From IMG/VR virus record IMGVR_UViG_3300005837_002722: 20,000 nucleotides of DNA; one strand, 5' to 3'. This DNA is from an uncultured virus (IMG/VR IMGVR_UViG_3300005837_002722) (Duplodnaviria; Heunggongvirae; Uroviricota; Caudoviricetes). The notes under the pieces are model-generated. The model ran no database searches. It saw only the letters and a list, made by a program, of their open reading frames with translations, and was not told the origin of the DNA. A program made the position numbers and the translations under genes. Of the stretch, positions 17,176 to 20,000 are shown one piece after another; the stretch's first letter is position 1; each line of letters starts with the position of its first letter.

Positions 17176-17426
17176 CCACTAATTTGCACCCAATTATACA
17201 CACCACGTAACGCCAGTATTAGATAGGCTAATTCCATCAATGCTCTTGGTAGATCTTTGTCTTTGATCCCGGCGTAAAACCAAATACTACAACTAGAGCA
17301 ACTTATTAGCCAACCTATCCATTGTACCTCAGTATTAGCACCGCTTAAAATGTAAACACCAGTCATTGCTAGAAAAAAGCCTAACCAGCGAATACCGCTA
17401 ATACTTTGGTAGTAACGAATCTTCAT
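17172..17426 (-). CDS. Small 3-TM membrane protein (PnuC/SemiSWEET-like size)
   Basis: Three hydrophobic Trp/Gly-rich segments, RGVYNW end; ATGA overlap with deaminase. Confidence 0.65.
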   Translation of the reverse strand: MKIRYYQSISGIRWLGFFLAMTGVYILSGANTEVQWIGWLISCSSCSIWFYAGIKDKDLPRALMELAYLILALRGVYNWVQISG

Positions 17427-17845
17427 TGTTTTTCAATCGTTTGTTCATCTGTAGTATACACCACAGATTTAAGTTCAAATTCATTAATGCAATTAGCACA
17501 ACCGGAGCAGGGTTTTGCTTCTCCATAGTGCCAATGCCTACGATTACTATGACCATCACCTTTTTTGGCCCTAGCAATATACAGAGTACACTGTTTTAAA
17601 TCTTCTACACTGATTTTTCTCAGTGCATTTTTAATAGCATGTACTTCTGCATGAAAGTAAACTGCTTCAGGCTTTTTTGCAAACCGTGCCTGAAACGGAT
17701 TACTTTTCTTATGGTTGAATCCATATGCTACCGGTGTTTTACCTTTGACTAACATTGCCGCCATTCTTGAACCACGTACTGGTTCAATATCTTTAGCAAG
17801 TTCAAAGACCATCCTAATGTAGCGTTCGTCTTTGCGATTCACCAT
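17423..17845 (-). CDS. Zn-dependent cytidine/dCMP/tRNA deaminase-fold protein
   Basis: HAEVHAI, TLYIAR, KPCSGC motifs. Confidence 0.9.
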   Translation of the reverse strand: MVNRKDERYIRMVFELAKDIEPVRGSRMAAMLVKGKTPVAYGFNHKKSNPFQARFAKKPEAVYFHAEVHAIKNALRKISVEDLKQCTLYIARAKKGDGHSNRRHWHYGEAKPCSGCANCINEFELKSVVYTTDEQTIEKQ

Positions 17846-17859
17846 AATAAATTCCCCTC

Positions 17860-17936
17860 TGGCCCGCTCGGCAGGATTCGAACCTGCAACCCTCAGTTTA
17901 GAAGACTGATGAACTATCCAGTTGTTCTACGAGCGG
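17860..17936 (-). tRNA. tRNA-Arg(UCU)
   Basis: CCGCTCG/CGAGCGG acceptor, anticodon arm TCAGT-CTTCTAA-ACTGA, GGTTCGAATCC, encoded CCA, A20. Confidence 0.95.
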
Positions 17937-17961
17937 TTTCTCCAGAGTGATTGCGAATTTT

Positions 17962-18038
17962 TGGCCTTCACGGGAGGACTCGAACCTCCGACCTTTGGTT
18001 CCGCAAACCAATGTTCTATCCGGCTGAACTACGTGAAG
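17962..18038 (-). tRNA. tRNA-Arg(GCG)
   Basis: CTTCACG/CGTGAAG acceptor, anticodon arm TTGGT-TTGCGGA-ACCAA, GGTTCGAGTCC, encoded CCA, A20. Confidence 0.93.
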
Positions 18039-18043
18039 ATTAA

Positions 18044-18271
18044 TCATTTACCTTCATATGGTTCGCGATCATTATATACATCGCCAGCCAACGACTGTAT
18101 ATCTTCGATGAGTGCTTCTACACTCTTACGATCATATTCACCGCCTGCGGAATGCCCTGCACCGCCGCCATAACGTTCCCTATGAAGTTGAATACTTTTA
18201 TCATACATTACAGAAATCTTTTTACAGAAATCCTCAACACTGTGTCTCATATACATCTCTTTAACGCCCAT
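18044..18271 (-). CDS. Hypothetical protein, 75 aa
   Basis: ORF fits operon packing; start uncertain. Confidence 0.7.
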   Translation of the reverse strand: MGVKEMYMRHSVEDFCKKISVMYDKSIQLHRERYGGGAGHSAGGEYDRKSVEALIEDIQSLAGDVYNDREPYEGK

Positions 18272-18293
18272 CTTAGTGTAGGTCTTGTTAAGT

Positions 18294-18587
18294 TTACTCT
18301 TGAAGTTCAGGAAATTTACTACGAACTTCGCCTATCAACCCTTCGATCTTTATCGGGTCAAATTCTGTGTCGACATGTTTCATAGGTTCGTGCCTACCAT
18401 AATTATACAATCCTTTTTTAGCAAGATCAAATATCTGACGCTTGTTAGAGTCTTGTATTGTCTGGAAAGGATCACTATCCTCACAAACTTGTCTTAATGC
18501 ATATTTTGTTATTTCTTCTACTGTGATAGGCACAAGGACTTTTGCCATAATCCTTTTGCGTCCATCATCACATATTTGGCTTCTCAT
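18294..18587 (-). CDS. Hypothetical protein, 97 aa
   Basis: GAGGAG SD upstream. Confidence 0.7.
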   Translation of the reverse strand: MRSQICDDGRKRIMAKVLVPITVEEITKYALRQVCEDSDPFQTIQDSNKRQIFDLAKKGLYNYGRHEPMKHVDTEFDPIKIEGLIGEVRSKFPELQE

Positions 18588-18605
18588 TGTTTTACCATCT
18601 CCTCA

Positions 18606-18809
18606 CTAGAAAGCGACCTTGTAGCCGTTTGCCAGTGCTTTTGTGTATAGATCATCGGCCAAAACAATTGGAATTGAATCCCATACTTCAGTTTCATTAT
18701 TCTCTGTTTTGTAAACAGTTGCTTCATCAGACTTGCGTTTGATTGAAAAAGTCATCCATCCATCGGTAAAAGAACCTTTGGTTAGTACTGCGTTCATTGC
18801 TTTTGCCAT
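18606..18809 (-). CDS. Hypothetical early protein (likely start MAKAMNAV at 18809)
   Basis: The ORF-track start lies in the promoter; GGTGAG SD precedes ATG 18809. Confidence 0.7.
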   Translation of the reverse strand: MAKAMNAVLTKGSFTDGWMTFSIKRKSDEATVYKTENNETEVWDSIPIVLADDLYTKALANGYKVAF

Positions 18810-18843
18810 GTTTCTCACCATTTCTTTTAGTAACATTATGTAT

Positions 18844-18872
18844 ACTATACAGTAAGACGCCATACTTGTCAA
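18844..18872 (-). promoter_or_regulatory. sigma70 promoter TTGACA-N17-TATAGT heading the tRNA/deaminase operon
   Basis: -35 18867-18872, -10 18844-18849. Confidence 0.8.
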
Positions 18873-18925
18873 CCATTATTTCATGCTTTTTTAATCTTTT
18901 TTGGGGGTACTATATATAGTGGGGA

Positions 18926-18960
18926 AATATTAAAGGGGCACACAATATATGTGGCCCCTC
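18926..18960 (-). terminator. Probable terminator after the OMP gene
   Basis: AGGGGCCACA-TATAT-TGTGTGCCCCT then TTAATATTT. Confidence 0.6.
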
Positions 18961-18975
18961 TAATGTGTTGAAATC

Positions 18976-19575
18976 CTAGTATTTTAGGATAAATTTTACA
19001 CCTGCTTGGTGAGTCGCATTTGAAAAGTCCTTGTCCATTGAACGTGTAATGCCAAGGTCCATATCAAAATTGCCTGCTACAGGTACAATAATACCAACGT
19101 CTACGGAAGTGTCACCACGTCCCCAGTCAAAATAATCAGTATCATTGCTGTCAACTTCTAGGCCAACTGCGCCATAAACGGCAGAACTACCAAGATCGTA
19201 CTCGGCACCTAGTGTAGGTTTAAGTGTGAGTTCGTTGTTGGTATAACTGTCGCCAGTAGCATAAGTCAACTTTGGAGTTGCATAGATAGAGAGCGATTCG
19301 CCTTCTACTGCTGGAAGTAGATCAAACTTACGAGCAAGACTGATTTCCCAATCAGTACCTGTTGCATTGTCAATCCATTTTACTCCCAACTGTACAGGAA
19401 GTTGGTCTGTAGGAGTTGTCAAAGAAAGTGAACGAACACCTTCGCTTGTTGATAATTCTACCCCACCGGCGGATCCATCTGCCGCAATCGATAAGGAAGT
19501 ATTATCAAAATCATCCGCCATAGCGGTTTGACCACAGATCGCTACAGCCGCGATCGCAATTAATAGTTTCTTCAT
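18976..19575 (-). CDS. Secreted, probable outer-membrane beta-barrel protein
   Basis: Signal peptide ending AMA, alternating amphipathic strands, C-terminal aromatic (AGVKFILKY). Confidence 0.7.
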   Translation of the reverse strand: MKKLLIAIAAVAICGQTAMADDFDNTSLSIAADGSAGGVELSTSEGVRSLSLTTPTDQLPVQLGVKWIDNATGTDWEISLARKFDLLPAVEGESLSIYATPKLTYATGDSYTNNELTLKPTLGAEYDLGSSAVYGAVGLEVDSNDTDYFDWGRGDTSVDVGIIVPVAGNFDMDLGITRSMDKDFSNATHQAGVKFILKY

Positions 19576-19606
19576 TATTATATTCTCCGATTTTTAATAT
19601 AAGAAT

Positions 19607-19777
19607 GCAACTTTTCTGTTGCCAGGTAAGTTGCCAACCCCGTTGAATTATGCCGCTAAGGCTAATCCTTCATCTGCAAAATTATCGTTTGCATTTATAG
19701 TTTTTGTTACGTTAACCGAGTTTCCACCGGACGGCTCCGCTTACCTATTAAACACTAGTCGATCCTAGTTCAGGCCC
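19607..19777 (-). ncRNA. ssrA: Two-piece (permuted) tmRNA, coding piece
   Basis: 5' GGGCCTGAACTAGGATCGAC; ATAAAT before resume codon; tag ANDNFADEGLALAA* (19692-19648); 3' CGGGGTTGGCAACTTACCTGGCAACAGAAAAGTTGC; 3' boundary approximate. Confidence 0.92.
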
Positions 19778-19963
19778 ATCATAAACACACGGTATAAACA
19801 CACGGTCTAACCATCTTCGTTCTTTCTTGTTATATGCTCTCTTAACCTTTTTACAAACTTTAGGTCTTTGAGTATAACTGTAGAACTTTCGTGCTTTGGT
19901 TAGTACATCGTATTCATCACCACTGTTCATGGGTTTGCGAGGTAATCTGTTTGTTCCTACCAT
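19748..19963 (-). CDS. Small basic protein encoded within the tmRNA intervening segment
   Basis: GGGAGA SD 5 nt before ATG; 17 K/R in the first 62 aa; GDEYDVLTKARKFY motif. Confidence 0.7.
   Translation of the reverse strand: MVGTNRLPRKPMNSGDEYDVLTKARKFYSYTQRPKVCKKVKRAYNKKERRWLDRVFIPCVYDGPELGSTSV
19781..19806. repeat. 13-bp perfect tandem duplication ATAAACACACGGT x2
   Basis: Copies at 19781-19793 and 19794-19806. Confidence 0.95.
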
Positions 19964-19983
19964 TTTTGTCTCCCATGTGTTTA

Positions 19984-20000
19984 TGGTGGACCTGCTGGGT
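19984..20000 (-). ncRNA. ssrA: Two-piece tmRNA, 3' end of acceptor piece (truncated by window)
   Basis: ...ACCCAG-CAGGTCC-ACCA; CAGGTCC pairs with GGGCCTG at 19777-19771 with G3:U70 and discriminator A (alanine identity). Confidence 0.88.

Noticed and set aside
17922..18173. 83-aa plus-strand ORF containing GGLEPPT
   Set aside because: It is the antisense translation of the tRNA genes
1387..18497. All plus-strand ORFs in the track (e.g. 7174..7650, 10221..10586, 8523..8870)
   Set aside because: They are antisense shadows of well-supported minus-strand genes, with no recognisable motifs
19781..19806. CRISPR array or att site
   Set aside because: Only two abutting 13-bp copies, no spacers, and no cas or integrase gene in the window
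19748..19963. Direct homology of the spacer ORF to ArfA or SmpB
   Set aside because: No KGKGS motif and too short for SmpB; only the regulatory logic is analogous
1..20000. Stop-codon recoding, or cellular origin
   Set aside because: Known genes are full-length in code 11 with TAA, TAG and TGA stops; T4-type late promoters, single-strand packing and non-bacterial gene order (clpX without adjacent clpP, infC without rpmI-rplT) favour a phage

Overview
AT-rich, densely packed window with every supported gene on the minus strand. It reads as part of a large T4-like (jumbo) phage, probably infecting a marine alphaproteobacterium. Support: T4-type late promoters (TATAAATA/TAAATA), near-consensus sigma70 early promoters, phage-type auxiliary genes, and an alphaproteobacterial-type two-piece tmRNA. 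It carries a translation/proteostasis cassette (clpX, infC, rpsU, hsp20 with a ROSE-like thermometer, clpS), metabolic genes (guaC, HIT, peroxiredoxin, radical SAM), envelope/uptake genes (BtuB-like receptor plus membrane partner, beta-barrel OMP, SleB-like hydrolase), and tRNA-Arg(UCU) plus a rare tRNA-Arg(GCG) beside a Zn-deaminase. The main finding is a circularly permuted tmRNA (tag ANDNFADEGLALAA) whose 206-nt intervening segment holds an SD-led ORF for a small basic protein. Its stop codon lies inside the tmRNA coding piece, so maturation should release a non-stop mRNA, resembling arfA feedback logic. A ~200-nt structured intergenic RNA candidate (16583-16790) is also unexplained. All calls are by eye; no searches were run.
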